A stretch of DNA of 64,000 nucleotides from Eledone cirrhosa (GCA_964016885.1 OZ024749.1:46562001-46626000), one strand, 5' to 3'. Positions 1 to 15,818 are shown, counted from the first letter of the stretch. The notes: generated by a model not told the origin, from the sequence alone. Translations and numbers: made by a program.

Positions 1-10
1 AGTATACATA

Positions 11-110
11 TATACATAAACCATTCCCATCTTAAACTTGTGTATATATATATGTATATATATATATACATATACATACAAAAGTTTAAGATAGGAATGT
101 TTTATGTATA
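11..110. repeat. Imperfect inverted repeat (~35-bp arms) around a TA-rich spacer
   Basis: tatacataaaccattcccatcttaaacttgtgtat (11-45) matches the reverse complement of atacaaaagtttaagataggaatgttttatgtata (76-110) with 3 mismatches. Confidence 0.8.
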
Positions 111-891
111 TAGTCACGGTAATTGTTTTGCGTTCGGTATTTGGATAGGACGCAATAAGTAATTATGCCTTTTGATATTGGTCGAGAGTGCTGAATTCTT
201 CCGTTAGTATATATTCAATTGAGCATTGCTACACAATGGGTTACTCCAAATATTTCGTTTAAATACACTAGCTCCCCACATTCTTCTTAATCAGGATCTG
301 ATTAGAGAATCTAGAACGATAATCATTTATACTCGGATATAAGGCAGGAAAAGTAATTATAATGCCTAGTGGAATACTAAAAAAAAAAAACACAACACAA
401 ACAATACGTAGCGTTGAAATAGCAATTGAGATAAATAAAAATGCGATGAAAGTACTTTTATGGAAACGATAAAATCGTTAACAGAAAAATAAAAATAAAA
501 ATATATATATTTGTAAGGAAATCTAGATGATAAAAAACATTAACAAAAAGTGAACGAGTCGAATGTAAATATCAAACTAATTACGATTCATATCGATAGC
601 ATCACGTTGCCACTTTTTATTTATTTATTTATTTATACACAAACATCTATAATACTATGGATTATGGAGAATGAAAATAGGTGCCGTAATGTTTAATGCC
701 ATTCTCAAAACCATTATTGGCATAATTGAAATTGCAAGAATACGGAACTTTATGAAAACAGGTTCCGAGTTTCGACTCGCTCGGATATAAAAAGCGATGG
801 TGCGTGTCTTTGTTGTCATAGATTTTATTTCCAAACATGATGCTGCTTTCTGATTTTCTATTTCGAGGGGTGAAGAAAAAGCATAATTCTC

Positions 892-1186
<295 letters not shown>

Positions 1187-1203
1187 TATTCACGTATTGA
1201 CGT

Positions 1204-1234
<31 letters not shown>

Positions 1235-1251
1235 GAAAAATGTATTATACG

Positions 1252-1310
<59 letters not shown>

Positions 1311-1312
<2 letters not shown>

Positions 1313-1490
1313 GAAAATGTATGACCCCGACGGCAGAGCTCAAGCCGTTTCGACGGCTATTTCAGTCCAGAAATAGTCATCGAAACGGCTTGAGCTCTAC
1401 CGTCGGGGTCAGTTTTCCTATTACGCACTCTACTACCCTAAGTACTCTGGTGCGTTATCGTCCATCTGGTTCCTTACCACAACTCCTTCG

Positions 1491-1491
<1 letters not shown>
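1311..1491 (+). mobile_element. Fold-back element in (TA)n with the 3' half of a type I hammerhead (family A, Penelope pLTR-like)
   Basis: Arms 1311-1363 / 1370-1419, loop agtcca. Each arm reads GAAA-cggc-ttgagctct-(g/a)ccg-TC-gggg, i.e. GAAA, stem III, GUC, stem I strand. Unique tail 1420-1491. (TA)n on both sides. Related copies at 21947 and 44945. Confidence 0.75.
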
Positions 1492-1528
<37 letters not shown>

Positions 1529-1600
1529 CGGCGATGAATTAGTTTTGCGAGGTTTTTTATATGAAATCGTGTGTCGAAACAAATATTGTTATACTTGGCT

Positions 1601-1990
1601 AGACATAAGATAGGGAAAGCCACCTCATGGTACGACAACCAGAGATACCAAAGTGTCATGTTTGTGGACGCTACCCCTGGAGGGAAATTAGCTAACCAGT
1701 GTAGAAAGGGCCTGAGAAAGACCCACTTAAAGATTAAGGTGGTAGAATAACCAGGACCCACCATAAAATCCCTGATCAGCAAAACCTACCCTTTTAAGAA
1801 AACCCACTGTAGTAAGAGGAAATGTATCATATGTAAGGTAAACCCCCGGATAAACTGTAAAGCTAGAAACGTAGTCTATAGCATGATATGTACAGAGGGT
1901 ACTTGCAGAAACATGACAACAACATACATAGGCGAGACAGATCGTAGCATAGGTGAAAGGATAGATCAACACTGGGGGGAACTAAAAGGA
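1601..1990 (+). pseudogene. Penelope-like element linker plus GIY-YIG endonuclease fragment
   Basis: Manual translation: KATSWYDNQRYQSVMFVDATPGGKLANQCRKGLRKTHLKIKVVE*PGPTIKSLISKTYPFKKTHCSKRKCIICKVNPRINCKARNVVYSMICTEGTCRNMTTTYIGETDRSIGERIDQHW. Cys cluster plus VVY...C...C...YIGET..R...H is the PLE GIY-YIG signature. One in-frame stop, so it is absent from the ORF track. Confidence 0.8.
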
Positions 1991-2459
1991 CGAAAAAACT
2001 TTTCGAAAACCACTTTTCTTGTTAGATTATTTCGATCTAGACTCAAAGAAATATTGTAACCATTCATATAACTCACTTATCTTTTGTGGTTAATGCTTCA
2101 TACTTTGCGTTTCGTTTCTTTTAAGGAAAACACAAAACACGATGCTACTACGAATTATATATTCATGATAATATATTCTCTCTTGTTCCAACGTTCATTT
2201 TTGTATGTAAAACACGAAATTTGAGATCAGAAACATTTGAATCTCATACGTATTCTCATTTGAATATCTATTCATAGTTGTTATATTGTTTCCAATATAC
2301 TTAGATGTTTAACTGTACACGCATTTGAATTAGCTTTGCCTTAAGGTATAAAATACTACCGTGACATTAACATTGATATATGAAATAAATATAGTATTTT
2401 TTTATATAATGAAATATAGAATATAATTACAAGTAAGTAAATACATATATATTATATAT

Positions 2460-2500
<41 letters not shown>

Positions 2501-2503
2501 TTT

Positions 2504-2615
<112 letters not shown>

Positions 2616-3455
2616 TTTATGTGTGCATATGTGTTTGTATATGTATGAGGCAGACAAAAACGTAGTATAATTCCGAAGCACCTTGCTGTATCTCCATTTA
2701 TGCAGCTAAAATTATGACATGAATTTTGTTTCTCATGAAATTAATGAAATAATTACAAAAATACAGTACTCTATATATTTGAGGAGAATTAAAATCACTT
2801 CAAGGTTCTGTTCCAGCATGGTCGTAGTCCAATGAGAGAAACCAACAAATTTATACATTTAGCAGAGTAAACTTCACATTTATGCTATTGATCATACTTT
2901 AGATTGAAAATCAATTTTTCTATTCTTAGGTCGTATTTAGATATTGGTGGTTTCTAGGTGATTTGAGCGATTCGGTAACTCATTTGATGGCAAGTAATCA
3001 TTAAGTACTGCAGTAGTATTGTGACACGAGTGAAAGCTTTTATAGTATTTTCTTTACTGCTCAGTAAGTCATTTGAATATACGTGTACATACAAATAAAT
3101 ATGCCAATGTGAGTGTGGCTATATAATATTGCTGTGTGTGTGTATCTGTATGTTGGATTGTGTGATTGATTGTATGCGTGATGGCATGTGTGTATATGTG
3201 TGTGTATGTGTAGGTGTGTGACATCAAGCCTAATCCATTCTTTCAACTGGCTGACTTTGCTTTGACTAGGGGCGTTTCTTAATTCAGATATGGATTTACA
3301 CTTAGCTGGGTTCTTCTGGCACATTAATTTACTCGTTGCTGTTTAATACATTGTCTAAGGGAAACAAAACTTGGCTTCAAGACCAGAGGCTATTTAAGTG
3401 TGGAGCACACTGCTATTCATTACAATTCGGAACTGCATTCAAGGAAGCACAACAT

Positions 3456-3456
3456 C

Positions 3457-3497
<41 letters not shown>

Positions 3498-3580
3498 GAT
3501 GATGATGATGATGAGGAGGAGTTTAGGAGCAGCAGCAGCAGCACCAGCAGTAACACCAACAGCAGCACCAGTACCAGCCG
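3456..3580. repeat. Compound trinucleotide microsatellite (AGT)n(GAT)n(GCA/CCA)n
   Basis: Direct reading. Confidence 0.85.
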
Positions 3581-3820
3581 AATAATGTTCCAAATTAAGG
3601 CATTTCTAACATTTAACGAGAATATGCCATTAAATATAATTTGAAAAAAATCTGCAAACATTTATTTAACTTGAATAAAGCAACTAAGCATATCAGCTCG
3701 GATTTATTTACTCTACGTTTGGGCCATGGATCGATTTTCCATTGGGATGAATTCCTTTTCGTTGAATTATATTATTTTTAAGTATGTTGCGTCGATATAT
3801 ATATATATATACATATATAT

Positions 3821-3855
<35 letters not shown>

Positions 3856-5879
3856 AACAGGCGAGAATATATAGTTTTCAGATCTGTATAAATAAGGTGA
3901 TTAATCTAATTTGGATATGAAGCTGTGTAAGTTGGCTCAATAATAGAATAGAATTAGGATTTCGCGTCAAGTATACAGATATGTGTTAGAAGTTGGTATT
4001 TCTAAAGAAATACGGTATGTTTAACATAAACATTTAGAAATAATAATCCTCATCATATTGTTACCCAAAATTCAGGAAACGTAAAAATTAAAATTCTAGA
4101 GGAAAAATAAGATATAAATATTATTAACAACATCAGACCACACAGACACACAATAATCATGAAATATTCCAAAGTAGCGTAATTACAAATAATTGGTGAT
4201 TATATTCCTTGCCTTGCTTGCATTTAATGTAATTATTGTCTAAGGACATTTTTTTGTGATTAAATTTTCGATTACTTCCTACAGTCCATTGCATTAGTAT
4301 TGGTACAATCAACAGATTTCAAGCACTATATTTTGTGCCATTCAATTTTTACAAATTAGTTACATCATAGCATTTATGTCTTCGTAATTAAAATAATGTA
4401 TATTTCTGTGTTCGCTCTTTGTGTCTTTTTAATTTGACAAGAAAATTGACAGCTACAGCAACAGTAAAAATGATGCCATGCACAGCAATAATAATAGTAA
4501 TCATTTCTTTATCATACCAAATGGAATATATATAATACAAATGTGTCTGTTTATGTTTTATCTACTCAAATACATAATTCATACACAAGTACTCACTCAC
4601 AAAATCACATACATACGCAACTCTCACAACCTGTACATGAAGACGCAACATCTTAACATCACGTTTTGACATCACTGCCTGGTAAAAGTTTCGGAAATGA
4701 TGAAAATATCAGTTGCACAACAGAAATAACTACGGGAATATATTTAAATATCCTTTAGAGGGAATCTAAACATATCCCTGAACCGAACATGTTATATAAG
4801 ACAAAACATTAAACAAAAAACGTTTTAAAACAAAACAATATCACAAATTAAAACAAAACTGTTAAAATAATACTTTGCGAAATAATTGCACACAGGGCTC
4901 ACAAAGATTAAAACATTGAGAATTTTAACCACGAAGATAGAATTAAAAAGTTCAAAAGGAATAAATACACTCACAATACATGATAAAAACTCAAATCACC
5001 AAGCTTAGACAGAAATTTGAATAAAAGGAACAAAAAAATACGAAAGAAATATAAAAAATCGTACATTAGGAATATTTATGACTAAGCAATTCTAAAAGGG
5101 TCATTATTATAAAAGTTTCAAGGGGAAAAACATTATAGAATTTCAAACAATATAAATATCTTCCTATATATCAACGGACACCTCAACCAAAAAATAACTC
5201 CCAATGATACCCACACAATATACATTGGTTTGAGACATCCCTTTCTTTCCCGCATTGGTATATAGCTGCTGATAATAAGCTTACTGTTTCCTTTTCTTAA
5301 CCATTTCCATCTATTGGTTATTATTATTAGTTTTATTATTATTAAAAATTGAATTAGGCGACTAAATAAAATAGGCTAAATAATAAACGGGATGTGTATA
5401 TACAACGGACGGATAAAGATGGGCATCAGAACGCCTTGTGTATGTACAATATGCTTTATGATGTTGTTTATGTTCTATTAATTGTACACTTCATAACATG
5501 TGTGAAATACTTAAATGTGATTTTTGTATGGATTATGCATCACACGCACCCACACCCACACCCACACACACACACACGTACACACCCACACACATGTCCC
5601 CCCCATACATATGCACACCCACACACATGCACCCCCACACACATATACACATATATGTTTGTGTGATTGTGTTTGTGTTGGGGGTGAGTTCTGTGTATTT
5701 GATTATGTATCTGTCTACAAGTTTTTTTTTATCATTCCCAGAGACGCCATTATAATAGAAATTGTTTCTGTGTTCATCATCTTTATTCTGGTTATTTCTA
5801 TTAATCTTTATAGTTGGATAGTTTCTCCATTTTCTTTGTAGATTTATCTCATCTATGAGGATTATTATTATATATTCTT

Positions 5880-6165
5880 GGAAGTTTACAATCGCTGATG
5901 ATTTCGCTAACGGATCCATTCTTGACAAGTTTATTTTCAAGAAATATTTAGTCTCCTTAAAGACGCATGGAGTAAAACAAAGTGCAACGGGGATGGAGCA
6001 ATCAGCGGAGAGGAAGGGAAAGGGAGGAAGAAGGAAACTGGAATGAAGATCTGGAAGATATATGTGAATGCTAGAAGCGAGAGTGCGTGCACGCCTATCT
6101 AGTGTGGCCAGCATTACGTTGATAAAACTACATTAACCCAAATGTCCAGAAAGGCAATGCAGGTT
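5880..6165 (-). pseudogene. Possible decayed Penelope-like RT thumb/linker fragment
   Basis: Minus-strand pieces in different frames (PFLDIWVN; LATLDRRARTLASS; SIPVALCFTP) resemble PLE LPFLD, TLxxRAxxLCS and IPLVLTYHP motifs. Confidence 0.4.
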
Positions 6166-6374
6166 TCGTGAAATACTGTCCACTCTATATTTGTCCATCA
6201 CTGTTGATAATTAGAGTGATATAGGTGATAGTGTAATATGGGTGAGGCTATGAAATAACAAAGACATTATTGCATCGCCTAGAATACTTTGCAGTATCTA
6301 TGTATATGTGCACGATATGCATATCATAGAGTGTCGGGATATATTGATAATGGAATTCACACCTCATTCCAAGT

Positions 6375-6460
<86 letters not shown>

Positions 6461-6581
6461 GTAAATGAGTTAAAACACAGAACCTCAGTTGAATATGAGC
6501 AGAGCAGCTGGCTATATATTTGATAGAAAGCGTAAAGCATATTGCACATTCTGATCCCATCACACTTCAATGTATACACAG

Positions 6582-6634
<53 letters not shown>

Positions 6635-6670
6635 GCATATATATACATATATTTATATGTATTACGGTTG

Positions 6671-6722
<52 letters not shown>

Positions 6723-7014
6723 ATACCTATATATAGATATAGATATGAATGTATATATATATGGATATGAATATACATATAATATCGCAACTAACTAATA
6801 GGATTTTACGTGTTGAAAATCGAATATTTCAAACATATCTTCGCAGTTGTTTCAACACACTTCATCCGATAAATTTATTCCTATACCGCACTTCTCTACA
6901 CGAAGCCTCATTCTTGATAACACGCAAGCGTAATCTTCTGTTGCACATATATATGCATACAAATACACACACACACACACTCACACCCACACACACACAC
7001 ATACACACACACAT

Positions 7015-7128
<114 letters not shown>

Positions 7129-7591
7129 GTATATATACACTGTTATACACATAAACAGATTAAAGAAATATAATCATGTTCTTCACAGATGATAAAAGAA
7201 AGCTTCTTATGAAATGAATTCGGTGAAAATACGTTATCATATTAGCAATCTTTCTGTGTTAGCCAGTATATTATGATATAAGCTTCTTTTGTCTTAATAT
7301 CATTGATTCCGTTGTAATAATGACTTGGGATATTGAATGATGTGTTCTAATAGAAATCAACTTTTTTTTCTAATATAATCGTTTTATTTAATATAATTTT
7401 AGACGTTGTCTATTTTCAAGAATTAAATATATTCAAAACAGAAAGGCAAAGAAGAAATGTGTAAGAAGTGAGTAAAATATATTTAATAACAGCATTTACA
7501 TTTGTCTGATAACTACATTAGAATAGAGGTTTCCCAATACGCTTGTGTATATATATATATATATGTGTGTGTGTATGTGTGTGTGTATGTG

Positions 7592-7622
<31 letters not shown>

Positions 7623-7659
7623 ACATATATAACTGAATATTAACTCCCCCCTATCTCTC

Positions 7660-7729
<70 letters not shown>

Positions 7730-10700
7730 TATTTATTCAATATTCAGGTATAGCACTTAGTTCATTGTGTTCACTCATTATTTAGTGTGGAAATTCTCAA
7801 AGAAGCAAATGCCACTTAAATTTTGGTATCTTACTTTAATGATTTTATTTCATAGGTAACAGAGAGTGAACATTTAGATCCTCGTTCTACATATAAGATA
7901 TACCACTCAAATAGCCTCAATATATACAAACTAATGTATTGAGCAGAACCCACTAATGCGTACACCACACACCTTCTTAAATGAACGATAATGTGTGCAT
8001 GAAAAGATAGAACACATTTGGCGCAGTTGTATTCGTTTAGAGACACTCGAGTAATATAAATCACCGTAAGCACACATGCGAGTTGAAACACCTTATTTTA
8101 CTAGTATATATCTAAATCCTGATATACACCGGACTACTATCATTCCGCCGACTATGTAGATCATTACTTTTAGAATTCATAACATTCTTTATCAGTCGTT
8201 TTCGATGTCTTCATAAAGTTGTTAATAGAGTACAGAATTTTCGTATCGTAAATGATTGCATTTGAATTTTTGGGAGATTTCTATTGTGTGAATGGTATAA
8301 TGATATCTAGAAAATAACATATTAAGTATGAACAGATTAGATATTTCAATTTTTTTTTCTTTTTCTGGCATATATTCTTCTTATAAGTTACGTACATTTG
8401 AAATATATTTAGAGATTCATCAAATATGAAATTGACTTTCTTACGTGTCAAATCATCGGGTTTCTTTTATCTCAAATCTTGGAGTAGAAGTTAATTGCCT
8501 TTTTGCAGACATCTAACATTCATGTGCTGTAGAGATAACTTCGTAACATTCGGATATTCTTTTTAAATATCAATCTAAATGCATAATCCTGTCCAAATAT
8601 GATTGGGTGATCTAATAAAGTTATGAGTTAGATGTTAGTTCCTCCATTCAAGGAGAGGAAACGTGTAGTATTGCATATTTGGTACAGTGTTCAAATTCCA
8701 CAAAGGACCTATTTGCCTTTCATCGAGTTTGGTAGCAAGACATACTTGAACACTGGGTTAGTGGATTTTAAAACAATGTCTTGGTAACTCCATATATATT
8801 TCAGTATGAATTTACTAAACTGTCAATTAGTTATCATAACCCTATATATACTTCCATAAATCTTTAAAATATTTGAAGATTTGAATTTGCTTCTTTTTAG
8901 GAGAAAAAACAATATTGATAAGGCGTATAGATTTGTGATTGCATGGATATTCTACTGGTATAGTTAGCATGTCAACTAGTCACACAGGAACATATCTCTC
9001 TCTTTCTATCAGTTGTTTCTTTTGAGATATTGATGCTGCCCTCCACCATGAATATATAATATACAAATGAAACAGAAAATACAACAAATTCACACGATGA
9101 GAGCCGAAGAAACTGTTTAAGCTACGTGAAAAATCCTTCATTAATTTATTTTATATTTCGTATGAATATCTTTTGAATACTATGAATGAAACAATCAATA
9201 ATCACTCCGTTTACCGTGAATAATGTTTCCAGTTCTATACAACGAACTCCATATTTATAGTATCAAGAGAGCCATATAGTTTCGAGGCGAATTACCAGGG
9301 ATTTCGCTTACGATTTAAGTACTCCTTTTACTCCAATGAAGTTATTAATACCATTAAGAAACTTTTAATCGTTACAAAATCAATCGTCCTACCTAGTGTT
9401 CATTTGATTCTGTCTCTTGGCGTAATAAATCGATATATATTTCAAAGTATACAGAATTGAGGTTTATTAATTATTAATCTAATTAAATTGATTCGTGTTA
9501 TATTTTTCCTTAGAAAACAAAGAAAAACACAAAGAAAAATATGATATTTATTACGAAATTTTTAAATATTTATTAAAGCACACCATAACGAAAATAAAGT
9601 AGAGAACGTAAAATAAAATACAAAATAAAAAAGAAATTGTGGTAGTTAATGTATTCTGCATTGTTGCTTCGTAGGTGTAATTAGAACCATAGTTTTAATC
9701 ACCTTCATTAATTAGTTCCTTCGTAAATAGTAACGTACTTCTAAATTATTTGTGAACGAAGTGTAAATTGTTTAACAGCAAACTCGACTGGCAGTCATTA
9801 GTAAAGTTCTTTATTTAATCATATATTTCAATATATTAAATTCTCTCGATATTGAGATGCATTATTTCGAAAGATTGTAATTCAAATTTATAATTCATTT
9901 CGAAAATTGTTTGAGTTGCAAACTTCATTCATTTAAAGCGACAAATAAACAGGAAAAGTTAAAAAAAATGAAAGGAAATAGTCGCCTAAAATTTCTTATA
10001 TAATTTCTTGAGAGTAATAGACACGTTACTATAGGAATGCGTTGATTACTTGCATATATAACGTTCTTCTGCAAGTTGTGAAGCAAATAGGGAGTAAATG
10101 TGACAACAGAATAATGAAGAATATAAAATGAAATGAAATTTATCAAACCAAGATTTTATAAAGATATATATACCTTCTTTGAATGTCGAACAAAGCACAT
10201 AGAAACAAGGTTAGGATGGGAGATTGTAGTGGAGGTTATCATAAAAAAGAGAAGAAAATTATGTATGACAAGAACGTTAAAATAGTAAATGAATTGAAAC
10301 AATATGAAAAACAGAGTTAAGAATTATTTAAGATTTAATATATTGCACATGGAAAGGGTTATACGAAGGGATATAAAATAGAATTTGTGAATGCAATGCC
10401 TCTTAAATACGTATATTTAATAATCAGAATGATGCTTCAATATCAACGTTGTGAGGTAATGTTGAAATTGAAGAAATTTTATCTGATTTCGTAAAATGTT
10501 AATCCAACTCATTCCTGGAATTCTAATAACGTGATATTTATTTAGGAAATGGTATTAAGAAAAACAATGAAAATATCACAGTTTTTAATATATCTCTACT
10601 TTCATTCTACATTATATAAATGGGAATTAATATATATATGTGCGTATTTGTAATCATATACATATTCAATTGAATGATATAAAGACGAACATTATATTTT

Positions 10701-10992
10701 CGTTTGATATATACGTCGGTATATCTGAATCATATCTGAATTAAAATTACAAAAATAAACATTTATACACAGAAACACATACCTATGTAAGTATATATAT
10801 CTAATTCTGTATATATATATTGTTATATTTGGGGACGGATTATTGCCAATACATATCAACATTTTCACTTGCTTGTCCGTTATTCATTCGGTTGGAATAC
10901 AATCCAAACAAAACGGATTCCGTAACATCATCGGGTGCTTCGACTGCGCGTCCCTGGTAATTGTTGTTACACATCTAACACACACACAGACA

Positions 10993-11031
<39 letters not shown>

Positions 11032-11034
11032 CAA

Positions 11035-11118
<84 letters not shown>

Positions 11119-11121
11119 CAA

Positions 11122-11183
<62 letters not shown>

Positions 11184-11399
11184 GCTTAATTACATACATA
11201 AATACCTAAAATTTACATCTATGTGTGTATAAATATTAGTTTGACTGCGATATATACGCTTCTTTGGTGAGTAGAATGTACTTTTTAAAATTAACTGCTT
11301 TAGGCGTTAAGAGGTAGTACGCTATGTTGGCTGAATAAAATTGCTATTTTCTTCTGAAAATCACAAGTAGGAAACGATGTCTAGCCCCTGGACATATGC

Positions 11400-11930
11400 G
11401 TTCTCAATTATTTTGCTACCTTTAGATTCATTGAAGTTAAGTGTATCTTTTGAGGGTGTAGTGGCAGATCATGTCATTCTTTTCCTCAAGGTTTGTATGT
11501 GTTGGCAACAATATATTATGAGCGTTGTAAATGATTATTGGCTGATGATTTCCAGCTAATTATATTTAGTCTAACATCATTTGTGGAAACATTGAGTGTT
11601 GAGAGGCTTGTTAATAGCTAACTATATGTTATTAACAGTATCTCTCGTTTGAATTTCTCTGTTGAGAATCGATATGTTTCCTTTGTTTGATAAGGGAAAC
11701 ACGTTTTTAACTAATAGAACAACACATTTTATTATGAGGCATGTGTCCTGGAAGTTGAAAATGATTTCTTCTATAAAATATCCAAGTTTCTGTTTAGGCT
11801 GTCTGGTTAATGTTTATAGGTATGTATTTAAATTTATTAGAATCTATACATTTCCTGATGTATTAAGTTTGCTATTACTATGGATGGATTGCACATTCGA
11901 GTAAACCCGTATCCTGAGTGTATATACCTG
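11400..11930 (-). pseudogene. Possible heavily decayed LINE APE endonuclease
   Basis: Minus-strand pieces YSNVQSIHSNSK, TETW and FQLPGH in the order expected for an APE N-terminus; many frameshifts. Confidence 0.3.
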
Positions 11931-13077
11931 CAGATTGGAGTAGGCGAGATATGAGGGGGGAACAACTTAACAGCTAAAGTGGCCTTGACTTTTTGTGGGC
12001 TTTCACTGTTGGTAGACCTCGAAAGGGCTCTTCCCCCGTCCAGCAAAAACCACAACAGTGAAAATAGTATCAACAACTGCAGCCGCAACAATAAAAACAT
12101 CAGTATCAACCACACCACCAACATCGAGAGACACAACAGGGGAATTAGTGAATGAAACCACCTAAATGATCTCACAAGTCTTTCTTTCATGTTTTGCCCC
12201 AAACATACATGCATACACGCAAACTCATTTACACTAAGACAGTTACAGTCCCATCCAAATCAGAATCACTCGTCTAAGAATAGAAATAAAATGCAATTCC
12301 CTTCTTAAATTCTCCTAGATACTTCTCGAGAAAACACGAAAACACACCCTGACACACATACATACGTAATTCACCACGACAAAAACTGTCAGCGAAAGAA
12401 CCGCTACCATAAAAAAAAAAAAAAAAAAAAAAAAAAGGATTGGGACGACGCGAACATAAAAACAACAAACATTGTCAAACACAGAAATTCGTTCTTCTGA
12501 AGAGAAAAAAAAAACTTGATATCCGTGAAGTCACTGACATTTCTACTCAGAAAATATTATTTAACCTATACTTACACGCATAGATGTATGTATATTTTAA
12601 ATACAATGATATTTAAACACCCATACATTCACACACACATCTGTATATGTATGTTTCACATATGTATGTATATACGCAGGTATGTAGCTAGGTATGTATG
12701 AATGCCTATACGGGCGCCTGTAAAGTACTTAACAGCAGCATTGAATATGTTGATATGCAGATATTATTGACTTCATAAAAGACTATATCTGAGAGATTGT
12801 GAGTGATAACGCCTATATGGGAATGGACATTCTGTGTGAATTTGTTTTAGCTAAGTATATACATAACAATAATCTCAATTGTGTAGCATTTGTCCCTTTC
12901 TCCTGATCTCGTTTTTATTTGTTATTTATTTAACATTCTCTCGTTTTTTCTTGCCTCCCGAGTGTTATTACTGTTAAATTTTACACTCTCGCTTATGAAT
13001 ATATATGTACACAACACTCTTTCTATAAACACACACACACACACCTATATATATATATATATATACCCACACACGCA

Positions 13078-13130
<53 letters not shown>

Positions 13131-13179
13131 ACATATACACACACATGCTCATACACACACACACGCATATACATGCATA

Positions 13180-13236
<57 letters not shown>

Positions 13237-13737
13237 ACATACATATGTATATATATGTGCGTGTGTGTGTGTGTGTGAGAGAGAGTATGTTTATGCATGT
13301 CCCTGTGTATGTGGAGTTCTTTATATCCATACATACAAATGTTATATTTCATGTTGTTTAAGAGATAAGAGATTGTCGTAGACATTTTGTTTCTTCCTGG
13401 TGATTTTTGTTTATTTTATTGTGTCTGTGTGTCTCCGCTCACAAGGAAAAGTATAATAAAAGAACATTCAATATAAAAGGACAGCTTCATCTTTCTATTG
13501 AGTGGTTAAGAGGATTTCGACGCCAACATTCGATTATTCAAATGATAGAAGTGTTAGATTGTGTACGTAAAGTTCACAGACTACATGAGAAAATTAGACC
13601 GGACAATTTTCTCTTTTAGCAAATGTTGTGAGTCTAATAGTCTAAATCTCCGGATATTGTTCGCGTGACCAGGGATTACATCGTCTGAATTCTTATGCAT
13701 TATCCTCTTGTCAGCATTATTTAGTATTCAATAAATT

Positions 13738-13793
<56 letters not shown>

Positions 13794-13875
13794 CATATAA
13801 ATATATATATATTTATACATATATATATATATGTATGTATAAATATATTCATATATATGTATATATATATATATA

Positions 13876-13924
<49 letters not shown>

Positions 13925-13925
13925 G

Positions 13926-14036
<111 letters not shown>

Positions 14037-14250
14037 GGGGAGACACAGTGAGAGACCGTGCGGAAGAAAAATGCACTCGTGTTCGTACAAAGCCATATAA
14101 ATGTTCATATATGGAAAATATATGATGGAGAAAATTGTCTATTCTTATCGTGCGTTCCTATTTATTTATATTTATATTTCGTCAAACCATGTTTTCCGTT
14201 GCTCTACCGATACTACCAATCCACCACCATTTGTATTTGCATTATAATGA

Positions 14251-14425
14251 TGGTGGATAGGCAGTATCGGTAGATGGTCGGACGCCATGCTTTGACGCAT
14301 AGAGTTACGGCTCTTGCCATTCTGAGTTTAAATCCCACCGAGGTTAACTTTGCTTTTCATTAAATTAAAGTACTAGGAATGCACTGGATAATTGCTGGCT
14401 TTGTGACAAAAGTAGAAACAATTAT
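14251..14425 (+). mobile_element. tRNA-derived SINE (family 1), internally deleted
   Basis: A-box-like ggcagtatcggtag, B-box gagtttaaatccc, 3' end gctggctttgtgacaaaagtagaaac; matches other copies. Confidence 0.85.
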
Positions 14426-15370
14426 AATGATAAATATACTAAACATTCGATAGCATTTTTAAGGGTGGATGCACAACTCACGGAATCAGAATTGATGGGT
14501 ACGTACCATTCGGTCGACCTACTTACTAAAACAAGGAACTCATACCTCTCGTATTACACTTTACTATTTTCAACAAAAGGAAATACATCAGCAGAAAGTC
14601 GCTAATATATAGTCGAAAATACAGCATAGAGTTGGAAGATCGAACAGAATATATCTTTTCGATGAAGACTCATTTAATCCAAAGTTGCCAATGGTGATAT
14701 TTATCAAGATTATTCTAGGAGTACTCAGAATTGCTGATTTAATTCCGTTTTCATTTTATCTCGTGTAATAACATTTGCGATAGGACGCGATACATTTCGC
14801 TTTCGGGTGATAGTCTATTGCTCAACTTACAATTCTGCAGAATTAACTAATACGTAAATAGTAAAATCTGATATCTTCCGGGTTCTGAAACTAATTTTAA
14901 GTTTTATTGATTACATACAAGGAAGAACGAAGAATTATATCAAAGCATTGACATTTTTTTTCTTATTTTTTGTTAGAATTATATATAAAGAATAAGTGGA
15001 AAATATAATATTTTTTTCAATGTTCTATCTTTTAAGTAACCATGGAAATATCATAAGGAGGAACATAATGGTGATTCTCGAACAATAGATCTGCTTCAGG
15101 TATGAAATATATTGTCCTAAAACTAGTTAAAAACATTCAATCCAGAATATTCCTATCGTAGCTATTGAAATTCATTGTTACTCAAGACCGTGCGTATGCA
15201 TGAAATTTATTTTCAACAACCCCATGAAACTAGAATAGAAAAAAAAATACTTCTGAAATAATACAAGAGAAAAATCTGTAGGCATTTTATATGTGATTCT
15301 TAATATAAAAATAGAGATGTTGCTTAACAAATACTGAAAACAAATAAAAAATGTGAATACATTCTCTCTC

Positions 15371-15550
<180 letters not shown>

Positions 15551-15613
15551 CACAGACAGACAGACACACGTACACACACACACGCGCGCACACACCTATA
15601 TATATGTATATAT

Positions 15614-15736
15614 AGCAACAATAATAAATTTGAAGACTAACATCCAAAGAGGGCTCTATAAAGATAAATATATATCAAATATATAAGAAGCGTAGAGCAA
15701 ATATTTATGAAAATAACAGATTAAAGTTTTAATAAA
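15614..15736 (+). repeat. (TA)n-embedded dispersed repeat (family B)
   Basis: gaagactaa.atc.aaagagg..ct..ataa.gataaatatatatcaaatatataagaa.cgtagagcaaa is shared with 50437-50538 and 59892-59978. Confidence 0.8.
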
Positions 15737-15746
15737 TATATATATA

Positions 15747-15818
<72 letters not shown>

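Noticed and set aside
8640-8760. Highly degenerate SINE family 1 relics (also ~20280-20370 and ~25680-25810)
   Set aside because: Only patchy similarity; boundaries not supportable.
12494-12530. ctt-CTGAAGA...gata...gaag hammerhead-like string
   Set aside because: Stem II is poly-A and GAAA is absent; could be chance.
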